DNA of 64,000 bases from an uncultured virus (IMG/VR IMGVR_UViG_3300020214_001677) (IMGVR_UViG_3300020214_001677), one strand, 5' to 3'; numbered from the stretch's first letter, positions 29,102 to 39,067 are shown. The notes: generated by a model not told the origin, from the letters alone. Numbers and translations are program-made.

Positions 29102-29869
29102 TTATACCATCGCAGGTTGATTGACCTGCGAAACCATTCTGTTGTAGGGCTCAGATTTTCCCAAACCCAAATCAAAGTAGATTTCGGTTTCTTCGGGACT
29201 TTGATCTAGAACAATGGTCTTATGAACCCTACCAAGTATGAATGCGGCCACCGCCATATTGGTAGCCAATAATTGCGTACCACCCTCAAGCTTAGATCTT
29301 TCCTGACAAGAAAGTTCGCCTGGATTTTTGTCGGGAGGATTCTCGTATTCAGGATGAAAAACGACAGGATGTTCAGTTATATTCTTGCCATCTCTTCTTT
29401 GGTAATGATAGATGGAACCGAACAGAGCATCGTCGTTACCGCCCGTGAATACATCGACGTTTATAAGTTTTGCAGCGGCGTCGAAAAGTATCTTGCGAGC
29501 AGCAAAATTATCGACGACAGCAAAAACAACGTCGCCGTCAATCAACAAGTCGGAAGCCTTAATTCTGGGAGAATCACTATCAGCGGAAACTCCAGTGTTG
29601 TCGTCAGACACGACCCACTTTGGTACCGGTATGATCGTGGTCTTGGGAAACTGAGGCGTCAACTCGGCCGCTTTCACAACAGCCTTGTTGCCTAACTTTG
29701 TAAAATCCTGGCGCTCCTTGTTCTTCTCTTCGTAGTTGTCTCCGTCTACGAGAATCAAACCAGAACCAGGCATTTTCCATTCCAAAAGACGTACAAGACC
29801 AGCAGCAAGCCACGTGCCTATGCCGCCTGTACCTACGATAACGAATCTTTTTGATTGCATTTTATCCAC
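29102..29869 (-). CDS. ThiF/E1-like ubiquitin-activating enzyme
   Basis: IVGTGGIG, LVDGDNYEEKNKERQ, NKA, AVVDNFAAR, ELSC (candidate catalytic Cys), QLLATN. Confidence 0.9.
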   Translation of the reverse strand: MDKMQSKRFVIVGTGGIGTWLAAGLVRLLEWKMPGSGLILVDGDNYEEKNKERQDFTKLGNKAVVKAAELTPQFPKTTIIPVPKWVVSDDNTGVSADSDSPRIKASDLLIDGDVVFAVVDNFAARKILFDAAAKLINVDVFTGGNDDALFGSIYHYQRRDGKNITEHPVVFHPEYENPPDKNPGELSCQERSKLEGGTQLLATNMAVAAFILGRVHKTIVLDQSPEETEIYFDLGLGKSEPYNRMVSQVNQPAMV

Positions 29870-29872
29870 CTT

Positions 29873-31645
29873 CTATCTAATTTCGTCATTATATTGAATT
29901 TCAGCAAAAGAATTTGCATAATGTTCATAATTGCTGCAACCATTGACGGAATGTGTATAAAGAATAATGTTGAAACTATCTCTAGACCTTACCCATTCTG
30001 TCAAAAGCTCTCTAAACGCAGGGCATTTGATGGAATAAAAATGGGTACAATCATGGCATGGAGAATTCGGAACATATATGTCAGCATTTTCAGCCAAATA
30101 ACTATCAAAATCCACAACATCATCGGGCATCAGTCTCACGGCACAAACGCAGTCAACTTCAGCATTCTCTATCCTTACACCACAACAAGCAGTATGTCCA
30201 GAGCTGAAAGCACTGTCTATGGGTATCACGTCTTCCGTATGTGTTGGCAAATGAACATAATCAGACAAGTCAGAAACGTCCGCCTTTTTGACGGCAGAAT
30301 TCTGAACGATAGGCTTCATTGCCGTACCCGTATAATATCTCAATTCGTCACTGATATTCATTATGCTTGGAAGATTATCATCCGTAAACGAATACAAATA
30401 AACGGGAGTAGTATACGGCAAATAATTGTCGATCAAATAAGACTCTACCTTTTCAACAATCGTGGACATATGGTCTTCTGAATGAACAAGAGGAACTTCG
30501 CATGTGGGACACAAACCGATTCTTACATCAGAGATATTAATCTCGGTTTCGCACACAAGACAATGTCCTCTGTTCCGCTCATCAAGCTCCGCCTCAATAG
30601 CCAGAACGGCATTATACGGCATATGATAAGCTGCCAGCACGTCCTCGTACTTTTCAAGAAATCTGGCCTGCTTCAAAGGAGTTCTAGATCCCCCAACCGC
30701 CTTCCCAGTCTGAAGCCCAGGCTGCTGTTGTGGTGTCGTCGTTTGAGTTGTTTGCGTGTCCCGACCATTTTGAATGGTACTGTGCCCCCCCTGGTAGGGG
30801 GGGTAGGCTTTTTTTACTTTAGTGGACCACTCCACAACTTCAGGATCAGGATCTTTCTGCACCGTTACAGTTTCAAAAACATCTTCCATGTCAAGTTTGT
30901 ATCCTGTGCCTGCCATTTGTAACTCGGCATAATACTGTGTAGCGCCATTGTTTACACTCTTTTGCCAACCATAAGTTATGTGTAAACCATCAAAATCAGC
31001 TTGATCGTCATGATCTGTGCCTGAAGCATAGGCAGGCATATCCGGGTGCGAATGTACCGAACCAACGATCATGACGTTCTCGGGTTTTAATGCAACGATG
31101 CTGTCGGCATCGTACTTGCAATGGGCTGCGGTGTTTGTTTGTTCTGGAACCAGAACACCCCAACCTGCTGGTCCGGTCTTGGTAGTATCGTATGTGAGTA
31201 TAACGATTGACTCCGTACCGTGCTGTGAGTGTACAAGCCTAAAGAACTCATCCAGCTTATTGACAACATCAATGGGAATGAGAGGCATGCTATAAGTACA
31301 TTCGTCTTCGATGTCAATGAATTCAGCAGGGAACTCGTCATTACTTACCGCAACTACCCTACCTACGTAATTGTTTACGACCTTGAAAAGTCTAGGCTTT
31401 TTTTCTATCTTTATCGACGTAATGGTTGAATTTCCATAAGTGGTATAACCATAATTGTGCGGCGACGCAGAAGGGGTACTATTTGTGACCGACTTGGTTT
31501 CGGTTTTGTGGTTCGAAAGCAAGTAATATATTTGAAAACCCATATTCTCCACGACATCGCATATGTCTTGACGATCTGCGATAAAACATGGAACACCTGA
31601 AGGCATCCAAAAATGCTTCAGGTCATTTAGTTGTGGTGCTGTCAT
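29873..31645 (-). CDS. JAB/MPN+ metalloprotease (deubiquitinase-like) with Cys-rich C-terminal extension
   Basis: GTE...VPEQ...IVGSVHSHPDMPAYASGTDHDD (E...HxH-x7-S-x2-D), GLHITYG; several CxxC downstream. Confidence 0.85.
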   Translation of the reverse strand: MTAPQLNDLKHFWMPSGVPCFIADRQDICDVVENMGFQIYYLLSNHKTETKSVTNSTPSASPHNYGYTTYGNSTITSIKIEKKPRLFKVVNNYVGRVVAVSNDEFPAEFIDIEDECTYSMPLIPIDVVNKLDEFFRLVHSQHGTESIVILTYDTTKTGPAGWGVLVPEQTNTAAHCKYDADSIVALKPENVMIVGSVHSHPDMPAYASGTDHDDQADFDGLHITYGWQKSVNNGATQYYAELQMAGTGYKLDMEDVFETVTVQKDPDPEVVEWSTKVKKAYPPYQGGHSTIQNGRDTQTTQTTTPQQQPGLQTGKAVGGSRTPLKQARFLEKYEDVLAAYHMPYNAVLAIEAELDERNRGHCLVCETEINISDVRIGLCPTCEVPLVHSEDHMSTIVEKVESYLIDNYLPYTTPVYLYSFTDDNLPSIMNISDELRYYTGTAMKPIVQNSAVKKADVSDLSDYVHLPTHTEDVIPIDSAFSSGHTACCGVRIENAEVDCVCAVRLMPDDVVDFDSYLAENADIYVPNSPCHDCTHFYSIKCPAFRELLTEWVRSRDSFNIILYTHSVNGCSNYEHYANSFAEIQYNDEIR

Positions 31646-31673
31646 ATCATATCCTCCTCAATTTGTTATTTAA

Positions 31674-32462
31674 TTAAACTATTTCTTTAGAGAAATATCC
31701 TACATAGCCGTGACTTTTGATCTGAGCCTGTAAATAAATTGCAGGCACTAACACTTCGCCAACAGCATCGTCTGTAGGCTTTTTGTAGTAAGTCTCAACC
31801 AGTTGTATATCTTTTGTCTCGATATCACCCAAAGAATCAGCAATACAAGACAAACTTTCTATATTAATATTAGTTGATATCTTATTTATAAATTTATTGT
31901 AATCAAATGGGTTTTCTGAATAACAAGAAGAACAAATCTTAGTAGCATAAAGATAAACATTATCAGCATGCTCTAGTTGAAGCCTATCCTTCAAGGCAAA
32001 AAATGCATCTGAATGATGCATGCTGGTTATTTTATCTATAGCTATCGGTTTGATTTGATACATGTCAACTTCTGAAACTGCTTCACCACACAGACACATC
32101 ATAGGGTGATACCAATGAGTACTAGAACAAGAATTACAAATAAGATGTTTACAATGATTAGTATCTTTAAATTCGTGAACATGAGAATAATGTTCCTTTG
32201 GAGGTATATCAACAAGACATAATTTACATTTTGAAATATCATCTATGTAATCTTTTTTACAAGTACTACAAATAACAACAGGCATATCAGAAAAACTGTT
32301 GAAAGCCTCTTGATTTTGGTACCAAATATTAAAACTTTCATACGGATTAGACTCATTATAATTTTCTTCAAAACAAAAATGTACTTGACCGCAATTTGAA
32401 CAAACAGCCAAGTAATCCCCATCTTTAGAATACCAAAATCCAGTAGTATTGGAATAGACCAA
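31674..32462 (-). CDS. Multi-zinc-finger protein with RING-HC-like motif (candidate E3); start uncertain
   Basis: C-x2-C-x21-C-x-H-x2-C-x2-C-x10-C-x-C (CKLC...CKHLICNSC...CLC) plus three more CxxC. Confidence 0.55.
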   Translation of the reverse strand: MVYSNTTGFWYSKDGDYLAVCSNCGQVHFCFEENYNESNPYESFNIWYQNQEAFNSFSDMPVVICSTCKKDYIDDISKCKLCLVDIPPKEHYSHVHEFKDTNHCKHLICNSCSSTHWYHPMMCLCGEAVSEVDMYQIKPIAIDKITSMHHSDAFFALKDRLQLEHADNVYLYATKICSSCYSENPFDYNKFINKISTNINIESLSCIADSLGDIETKDIQLVETYYKKPTDDAVGEVLVPAIYLQAQIKSHGYVGYFSKEIV

Positions 32463-32563
32463 TGTAGTATTGTCAAAATCAACAGTATCAATACTGCCAG
32501 TTGTGTAATCTTGGGCCAGTATTGTAAGTGGTACACCATCGAAAGTCTCTTTAGAATTTATAT

Positions 32564-33643
32564 CTAAAAAGGACCTTCTTCTCCCCCTTGATCATGGTCG
32601 TCATCATCATGATCTTCATCTTCTTCGGACTCAGACTCTTCAAACAACTGACCTTGGTTAACTTCTTTTCTAGAGTCTCTAAACTTCTTACTATCCTCCA
32701 TTGTGTCCCTACCAACATACTGTGTTGAAGAAGTATTGTAAGACTGTACAAAATAGTTGGTGATATCGGTAATTACGCTCTCTCCATTGCGCTGCAATGC
32801 ATTTATGGGTTTCAATGGCATCTTATCAGTGTAATAAGATTTGTATGTACCAGTCAAAGCCATTGAAAATGTAAGCGGAACAGCTTCAGAAGAAGTTGAA
32901 TGTGCTGCCTGCTGGTCGAGACCCTCAACTACAACAGGAATCCACGGGGCAAACAAAGTCCATTCATAACCGTCCTGAGATGTTTTGTTCTGCCAAACGC
33001 TGGGATTCCACATGTAGGAAAAAGAAGCATCGTTCTGGTACATGTCTCGATAGAATCTCGGACCATCAGTTTCCGACATATTGTTGTCGTTGTATGCTTC
33101 AGAACCCGAACAACGCTCCAAAGCAAGCGCCAAACGCTCATTAAACGTCAGACTACTCCAATCGGTATTATGATACAAACAAATCCATCCAACGCCATTG
33201 CCGCGGTACCCTCTGCAATTTATGTTGGGAAGATTAACATGATACAACTGGACATCTGGATGCGTAACAGGGGTAATGGTGTAAAACGTTCTAGCACCCA
33301 ACAAATTGTTGGACTTAAAATCTATTATAACCACTCGATAAGGTTGCGCCAAAAGATACTTTTTGGCTTCGGGATCCTTTTCGTATGTCCCCCAGTTAAC
33401 ATAATAACTACCTGGTTTGTACTGGTAGGCAACCTGTGTGTATTCGCCTGCTTTGCGAATACAAAGCAAACCAGTTCCGTCCAACGGTAACAAACCAGTA
33501 TCAAAGGCAGCATACTGTGAAAACTGCAAATAAAAAGAACGAATGTCTTTGTCCGTTACATGATCAAGGTTGAATGCCTGTACCTTGGAACGAAAGACAA
33601 TGCTATCTTCTTGCTTTACAAATGAGTAAGACACTTTGTCCAT
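32564..33643 (-). CDS. Prokaryotic E2-like protein, paralog 3, with acidic tail ending GPF
   Basis: LAQPY...QLYHVNLPNINCRGYRGNGVGWICL...YNDNNM. Confidence 0.65.
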   Translation of the reverse strand: MDKVSYSFVKQEDSIVFRSKVQAFNLDHVTDKDIRSFYLQFSQYAAFDTGLLPLDGTGLLCIRKAGEYTQVAYQYKPGSYYVNWGTYEKDPEAKKYLLAQPYRVVIIDFKSNNLLGARTFYTITPVTHPDVQLYHVNLPNINCRGYRGNGVGWICLYHNTDWSSLTFNERLALALERCSGSEAYNDNNMSETDGPRFYRDMYQNDASFSYMWNPSVWQNKTSQDGYEWTLFAPWIPVVVEGLDQQAAHSTSSEAVPLTFSMALTGTYKSYYTDKMPLKPINALQRNGESVITDITNYFVQSYNTSSTQYVGRDTMEDSKKFRDSRKEVNQGQLFEESESEEDEDHDDDDHDQGGEEGPF

Positions 33644-33664
33644 GATGTTATATCCAATCTATAA

Positions 33665-34027
33665 TTATTCTTCTGTTAGAATTTGCTCAATACCTTTGTC
33701 TATGTCTTCTTTGAAATCACCAAAAGCCAAAGCAAACCAATTCGGATCCTTTTCTGCGGCATTGATAACCGACAACTTTGAATCCAATGTATTATAAATT
33801 TCTACCAAATCAGACAAACGATCTAAAGCTTTAGATAATTTTTTAAGGTCTTCTCTGGTAGGATTCATATTAAGAATGAACTTCAATATCGGTGCGTCAT
33901 TTATCGTAAAATGATCGACTATCTTTTCTATCCTAGACTCTACGCTAGAAACTTGTTCCTCCAAAGAATCCTTGGCTTTTGCAGCCATGGCAAAAGAAAA
34001 ATTGAAACTTTCTATGTTAGACGACAT
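33665..34027 (-). CDS. Coiled-coil hypothetical protein
   Basis: ATG at 34027 (MSSNIESF). Confidence 0.55.
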   Translation of the reverse strand: MSSNIESFNFSFAMAAKAKDSLEEQVSSVESRIEKIVDHFTINDAPILKFILNMNPTREDLKKLSKALDRLSDLVEIYNTLDSKLSVINAAEKDPNWFALAFGDFKEDIDKGIEQILTEE

Positions 34028-34254
34028 TATAACCCTTTCTGCGTTTTTCTGATTTTTAAAAACTGTCTCAACTCCATAACACTCCACCAAATAGAAGCAC
34101 CACCGACCACTATTTTGGTAAGTATTCTTGCAAGCTGTGCTTCAGCGGTGTTCATCAAAGATTGAGAACTTGAAATTCCTTGTATGTCAAAACAACAATC
34201 ATTAAGATACTGTTGTATTCTGTCTATCTTCTGTTGTCTGTTTAACTGTGTCAT
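34027..34254 (-). CDS. Hypothetical protein
   Basis: GAGG SD. Confidence 0.5.
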   Translation of the reverse strand: MTQLNRQQKIDRIQQYLNDCCFDIQGISSSQSLMNTAEAQLARILTKIVVGGASIWWSVMELRQFLKIRKTQKGL

Positions 34255-34350
34255 TTTGTTCCTCTTGAACGTTGATCATATGTTTAAGTTTATTGTTATA
34301 AATCCTTAAAACTAAACCAGTTATCAAAATAGGAATAAAAATAGCGTACA

Positions 34351-34782
34351 TCATAACTCCTTGTTAGATATTCTGCGGTATCTTGAACCGTCAGAACCGA
34401 AATAATTTAAAATGATCTCAAGCAATGCTATTATCAGCATATAAAGTGGGGAAATGATTGGATTTGTAAGGAGATATATAAATATACTTATAGCTGTAAT
34501 TACGCCAAACAAAGGCCCACCAAAAAGTATGGACTTTTGAGAGTTTGGCTTGAGCTCTTGAAAGTTATGTACTCTTGTTATTCCTATTGCAATTAATGGT
34601 AACGGTATAATATAAGGTAAGTCAGGACTTGCTCTGTTCAATAAAGATATAAAATAATGTCCAAATTCATGAGCCAAAAGAACAAGTATTATAAAAAACA
34701 CAAATGGCGTAGGCATTAGGGCATAGTTTATAGCCGCTGTTGCTACTGCCGTTACAATAAGAATGGCAACAGACTTTATCAT
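34351..34782 (-). CDS. Site-2 protease (M50)-like membrane metallopeptidase
   Basis: TM-embedded HEFGH, GGP, NYFGSDG. Confidence 0.7.
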   Translation of the reverse strand: MIKSVAILIVTAVATAAINYALMPTPFVFFIILVLLAHEFGHYFISLLNRASPDLPYIIPLPLIAIGITRVHNFQELKPNSQKSILFGGPLFGVITAISIFIYLLTNPIISPLYMLIIALLEIILNYFGSDGSRYRRISNKEL

Positions 34783-35540
34783 ATGCTACGCAGCTGATAA
34801 TCTACTTGAGTGCCATTCAAATTATTCAACTTCTCAGCAAAAACCATGTCAACTGATTTATTGAATGTTTCTTGCAACAAACAATCCGAAGCCGCTTTGA
34901 CGTTCTGTTGAGAATTGTTGTACACTTCGCTAGGTGAGGAAGTAGACTCTAGTACAGACGCATTGGGTACGATATCAAGTTTATTTGCCAATGTGATATA
35001 CATTGCGCGGTCCTTGGCAAGAATATGAGAAGAAATTCTTACCAATGTACCTACGTAAGTAGGAATATAAGAATCAGAAACCTTCACATCAAGTCTGGCC
35101 AAAAACTCTCTAAAAGAATCGTCGTCGTCTTTGTTCCGAGAAACTTGATCAAATGTTTGACTCAAAAGATATATAATATGTTTGCGTCTAAGTATACTGG
35201 TTTCCAAATAATTGTAAAGGTATAAACTGGAAAATCTTCCACCAGTCAACTGATCAAGAACCTGTGATATAGTAACAAAAGACGATATGGCGCCGATTGG
35301 CGATATCCAATAATCATAAGAATTCAAAATAGCCTGAGAAAATTTTATCCGCAAACCGTTGACCTTCAAATAATTTTCATCATCGTTTTCTTCAATGCTT
35401 TTTGTAATCTGATCATAAACTTCATTAGATACTTTTGAATTAGAAGAAGAAGAAATATAATCGTGTGATACCTTTGGTTTATCCTTAGACGGATCGTAAT
35501 CAAACAAATCATCGTCATTCTGACGTGAAAACTCAGACAT
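34779..35540 (-). CDS. Hypothetical protein
   Basis: Long ORF in the operon. Confidence 0.6.
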   Translation of the reverse strand: MSEFSRQNDDDLFDYDPSKDKPKVSHDYISSSSNSKVSNEVYDQITKSIEENDDENYLKVNGLRIKFSQAILNSYDYWISPIGAISSFVTISQVLDQLTGGRFSSLYLYNYLETSILRRKHIIYLLSQTFDQVSRNKDDDDSFREFLARLDVKVSDSYIPTYVGTLVRISSHILAKDRAMYITLANKLDIVPNASVLESTSSPSEVYNNSQQNVKAASDCLLQETFNKSVDMVFAEKLNNLNGTQVDYQLRSI

Positions 35541-35551
35541 AATCAACCCTT

Positions 35552-35845
35552 CTAGTCATTGTTTTGACTTTGACCATTGGTAAAATCTGACTCAAATATT
35601 ATCGTATATATTTCTTTATTAATAGAGTTCAAATTCTTTACCAATCTATAAAAATTTTCTTTAAGTTCTGTAATCTTATTTTCATCCGGAGAAGGAGTAG
35701 AATATATTTCAGCAATCAATTTAGACAATTCGCGATAACGAGGAAAGAGATCCTGAACTTCTAAAATCATCGCATTAAGCTGACTGACTCTATCGTTAAA
35801 ATTTTTAGTTACACTATTAAAGATTTCATCAATATCTTTGTCCAT
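35552..35845 (-). CDS. Hypothetical protein
   Basis: GGAG SD before MDKDID. Confidence 0.55.
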   Translation of the reverse strand: MDKDIDEIFNSVTKNFNDRVSQLNAMILEVQDLFPRYRELSKLIAEIYSTPSPDENKITELKENFYRLVKNLNSINKEIYTIIFESDFTNGQSQNND

Positions 35846-35875
35846 CGTAATCTCCAATAATAAAAATAAATAATA

Positions 35876-36367
35876 TCAATGTATACTAAATCCACCGGAA
35901 TGTATACAAAACTCAGCAAAATCTCTAAGATTTTCTGCAGAGAAAGGATAATTCTTATTAAAAGAATCAGTAAATCCTTCTCCAGAACAAACATGGCAAA
36001 CTTTACTGCCTGATACGGATTCTGCATCAGCTGAAACGTACAATTCATTTTCTTTTACAATGATACCTGTACCATGGCAAAGATGACATTTTTCTTTTGG
36101 CAATTGACTCAACTCTGCCATGTATCTTCTTTCGTACTCCGAAGCAAGTCCGGATACGCAATCCTGTCTAAGTTTTATTCCAAGCTTATACGCGTCAGTT
36201 GAATCTAAGCCATGGCCACTATTGCTATGACCGTCCTCTACCTTTTGTGCAATGTCATTGTGCACAGTTTCGCAGTAATGCCATAAAGGATGCCACCACC
36301 ATACGCTATTCCGAAAATACTCACCCTTTTTATTTTTCGGCTTGTGACCGTATACATCCATTCCCAT
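35876..36367 (-). CDS. Phage protein with DnaJ-type CxxCxGxG zinc finger
   Basis: CHLCHGTG and CHVCSGEG; AGGAG SD. Confidence 0.7.
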   Translation of the reverse strand: MGMDVYGHKPKNKKGEYFRNSVWWWHPLWHYCETVHNDIAQKVEDGHSNSGHGLDSTDAYKLGIKLRQDCVSGLASEYERRYMAELSQLPKEKCHLCHGTGIIVKENELYVSADAESVSGSKVCHVCSGEGFTDSFNKNYPFSAENLRDFAEFCIHSGGFSIH

Positions 36368-36451
36368 AGTTATTTCTCCTTGGGGACGTCCGCTGGTGGC
36401 GGTGGTGGTGGTGTGGGAGGCTTTTTAGGACCTTTGGAAACTTTGCGAGAC

Positions 36452-36766
36452 TTAGCGAGACTCATTTTTAAGATTCACTCTCGTATATTTTGTGCCAACC
36501 AAAACATAATCACTATAAGAAAGTGAACCGCGTTCCTTCCTCTTTACAAAAAAATGATATGTACCATCTTCTAACAATGAATAAGATATGCCAACATACT
36601 CTCGTGTGTCTCTACTCTGACCAATATAAAAGGTGGGCTGTGTGGGCATTCTAGATATTTCTTCCATCGTAGAAGCTCTTCCATAATAATTATCAGGGCT
36701 TGAAGGTAAACAAAAAACGTTGTTTCTTGGTATTGCTATTCCATCTGGACCTATAATATCTGCCAT
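36452..36766 (-). CDS. Hypothetical protein
   Basis: ORF in the operon. Confidence 0.5.
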   Translation of the reverse strand: MADIIGPDGIAIPRNNVFCLPSSPDNYYGRASTMEEISRMPTQPTFYIGQSRDTREYVGISYSLLEDGTYHFFVKRKERGSLSYSDYVLVGTKYTRVNLKNESR

Positions 36767-36767
36767 T

Positions 36768-37085
36768 CTAAACCGCTGTTTCGTCAGACGGATCTATCGA
36801 ATAAAAATCCTCAATATCAAGATCATCATCAATATCCGAATCAAAATCATCAACTTCTTTATTTCTATGATGAGATGTCTCGATATTCTCAACAACAGAA
36901 TACATGTAAGCTTTAGAAGTTAAACTTACACCTTCTTCATCATATTCGTCGTCATTTAAACCACAAAGCTTCAAACCAGAAACGGCTAAACCATTCAAGA
37001 AATCGTGAACGCTAAAAGGCAATTCATTCTCAACGCAAAAGCGCAAAGCCATTCTGTACTGATTGACTATATCTTGACTGTCCAT
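36768..37085 (-). CDS. Acidic hypothetical protein
   Basis: AAGGAG SD. Confidence 0.6.
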   Translation of the reverse strand: MDSQDIVNQYRMALRFCVENELPFSVHDFLNGLAVSGLKLCGLNDDEYDEEGVSLTSKAYMYSVVENIETSHHRNKEVDDFDSDIDDDLDIEDFYSIDPSDETAV

Positions 37086-37106
37086 AATCTGACTCCTTTA
37101 TAACTT

Positions 37107-37412
37107 TTATAACTGTTTGATATACAGCGAATCGGCAGAATAAAGAAACTCTCTACGAAGAGTACGCTCAAAAGAAACCTGCAGCCGAGCGTGCCAACGA
37201 GCTATGTCGAGCATTCTATCCCTAATGATCATCAAATGATATGGCATTCTATAGGGAATGACTGCAGGCTGATTTTTGTTTGCAAACAAACAGGGTTCAG
37301 ACTCCATCATTAGTTTAACCATCAGGGCTGGTTGAACATTGGTGCTCCGTTGTTCGCGTTGGTATTCTTCTATATCATGCGTATCTCTGCTTGTCATGAC
37401 ATGACCTTTCAT
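37107..37412 (-). CDS. Hypothetical protein
   Basis: ATGA-coupled. Confidence 0.5.
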   Translation of the reverse strand: MKGHVMTSRDTHDIEEYQREQRSTNVQPALMVKLMMESEPCLFANKNQPAVIPYRMPYHLMIIRDRMLDIARWHARLQVSFERTLRREFLYSADSLYIKQL

Positions 37413-37660
37413 TCGGCAAAATATTCTGTTCGATAATTCTGTATACTTAATTGTTTTCTCATTAGATCATTTACGACCTTTTGGCCCTCTAAAGCTTGGG
37501 CTATAAGTTCTAACTGACGAACCTTATAATGCTCCAAAGAATAGGCAGAGGCAACTCTTTGATTCTTCTTTGTACTTGGACCACTGTATGACTCACCCTT
37601 GTAAACATAAGCACCAAGCTCGTGATCCCAAACTATTGGATGATGTACATGATTGTTCAT
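37409..37660 (-). CDS. Hypothetical protein
   Basis: AAGGG SD. Confidence 0.55.
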   Translation of the reverse strand: MNNHVHHPIVWDHELGAYVYKGESYSGPSTKKNQRVASAYSLEHYKVRQLELIAQALEGQKVVNDLMRKQLSIQNYRTEYFAE

Positions 37661-37884
37661 TTGTAATCCCTTTCATCTTTCTCTTCCTGAACATATGATT
37701 TTACGGTTATAGCAAACATTAGACCAAGAAGAACAAGAATTATCAAACCAAAAATAGATTCAACAATCATTATTGATCCTCCTTGTCTATTAAACGCTTA
37801 ACATAAAATCCTATTATAGCGCATAATATAATCGTTACCACAAAAAATATATCTATTTCCGTGGTATCTAATATATTATGATGA

Positions 37885-38169
37885 TCAGCTATCACTGCCG
37901 TCTTCTTCTAACATTTTATTTATAGCTTGATCCAAATCAAAAATCTCTCTATCAACTAATTCGCTTTCCCATTGGTCCACCGCATAGCTGATATGTGGTT
38001 CTAGAATTTGTTGGACTTGAGTCAGCCAATTTATTTCTAAATCTTTTTCAGACAAAACTCCAGCCCCTACCCAATCAGCTATCCGAGCGGATATGGCTTT
38101 AGACACTTCCCACATCTGCTGATATGTCAAAACTATTGACGCTTTATAATCTGAAGGATCATGTATCAT
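37885..38169 (-). CDS. Hypothetical protein
   Basis: 94-aa ORF. Confidence 0.55.
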   Translation of the reverse strand: MIHDPSDYKASIVLTYQQMWEVSKAISARIADWVGAGVLSEKDLEINWLTQVQQILEPHISYAVDQWESELVDREIFDLDQAINKMLEEDGSDS

Positions 38170-38370
38170 AAATTATTACCTATACATGAACTAACAAAAG
38201 CAGTCATAAATATAAAGTACAATACTACACCACTCGCTAATAAGTACTTGCCAAATGTGCGATACTTTCTAATGTATTTATATTCGTTTTTCATTGGCAT
38301 TTCCGTGGTACTCCTTGTAATCTGATGAATCATGTATCAAACATACTTATTTGCTGTCCTTTAAGAAACG

Positions 38371-38619
38371 TCACGAACCAGGCCAGTATTGAGCGCCATC
38401 TTTCCAAGCCATCTCCGACTCATCGTCAAACAACACATAGTTGTCATCTCCGTCGTCCATCAAACCCGTGTAGATAACGATTTGCCCGTCGCCATCTTCA
38501 TCTATCAGATAGTTGGGGCAAAGTGCAGCGATTTTGGCGCGGAACCGCTCCCCACTCGTCGTCTTTGCGCGTTTAGCGCGGGGTCTCGCTTTGGCTTTGC
38601 GCTTCTTTGCTTTCGCCAT
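38371..38619 (-). CDS. Basic N-terminus/acidic C-terminus small protein
   Basis: AAGGAG SD before MAKAKKRKAK. Confidence 0.6.
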   Translation of the reverse strand: MAKAKKRKAKARPRAKRAKTTSGERFRAKIAALCPNYLIDEDGDGQIVIYTGLMDDGDDNYVLFDDESEMAWKDGAQYWPGS

Positions 38620-38671
38620 TATTCGCACTCCTTGTCTAATATTTAACACTACCGTTTCGGGATACTTAACG

Positions 38672-39052
38672 CTACTGTTTCCTTATTTTAAAATACATTA
38701 ATCCAGTTAAAGAAACCAATACAAGAACCATTGTTCTTGTTGGACTAAATTGTTTTATTCCAAAACAGTATTCTATACGAGATTGCTTAGTAGGAAAATC
38801 ACAATCTTTGTATCCCCAAAGTTCTTCTTTTACAAGACACTTTTCATACCCATGCAGACGAGACGCTAAATGTGAAATTGGTTCACCAGGTAATCTATTT
38901 GGATTTTGTTGTTGCAAACAAGCCTCATCATATTCAGCCTGTTGTACAACCCCATCATATACATAACGAGTTTCTTTAATAATTCCTGTTACATAAATAA
39001 CAGAAAAAAAAGAAATAACTAATAAAATAATAAACAATAATCTAGACTTCAT
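38672..39052 (-). CDS. Two-TM membrane protein
   Basis: Hydrophobic N- and C-terminal helices. Confidence 0.6.
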   Translation of the reverse strand: MKSRLLFIILLVISFFSVIYVTGIIKETRYVYDGVVQQAEYDEACLQQQNPNRLPGEPISHLASRLHGYEKCLVKEELWGYKDCDFPTKQSRIEYCFGIKQFSPTRTMVLVLVSLTGLMYFKIRKQ

Positions 39053-39067
39053 ATCATCTCTTTCTAG

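Noticed and set aside
28825..29869. Thiamine/molybdopterin biosynthesis (ThiS/ThiF or MoaD/MoeB)
   Set aside because: No thiG, moaE or other cofactor genes; neighbours are E2-like, JAB and RING-like genes. A sulfur-carrier role is unlikely but not excluded.
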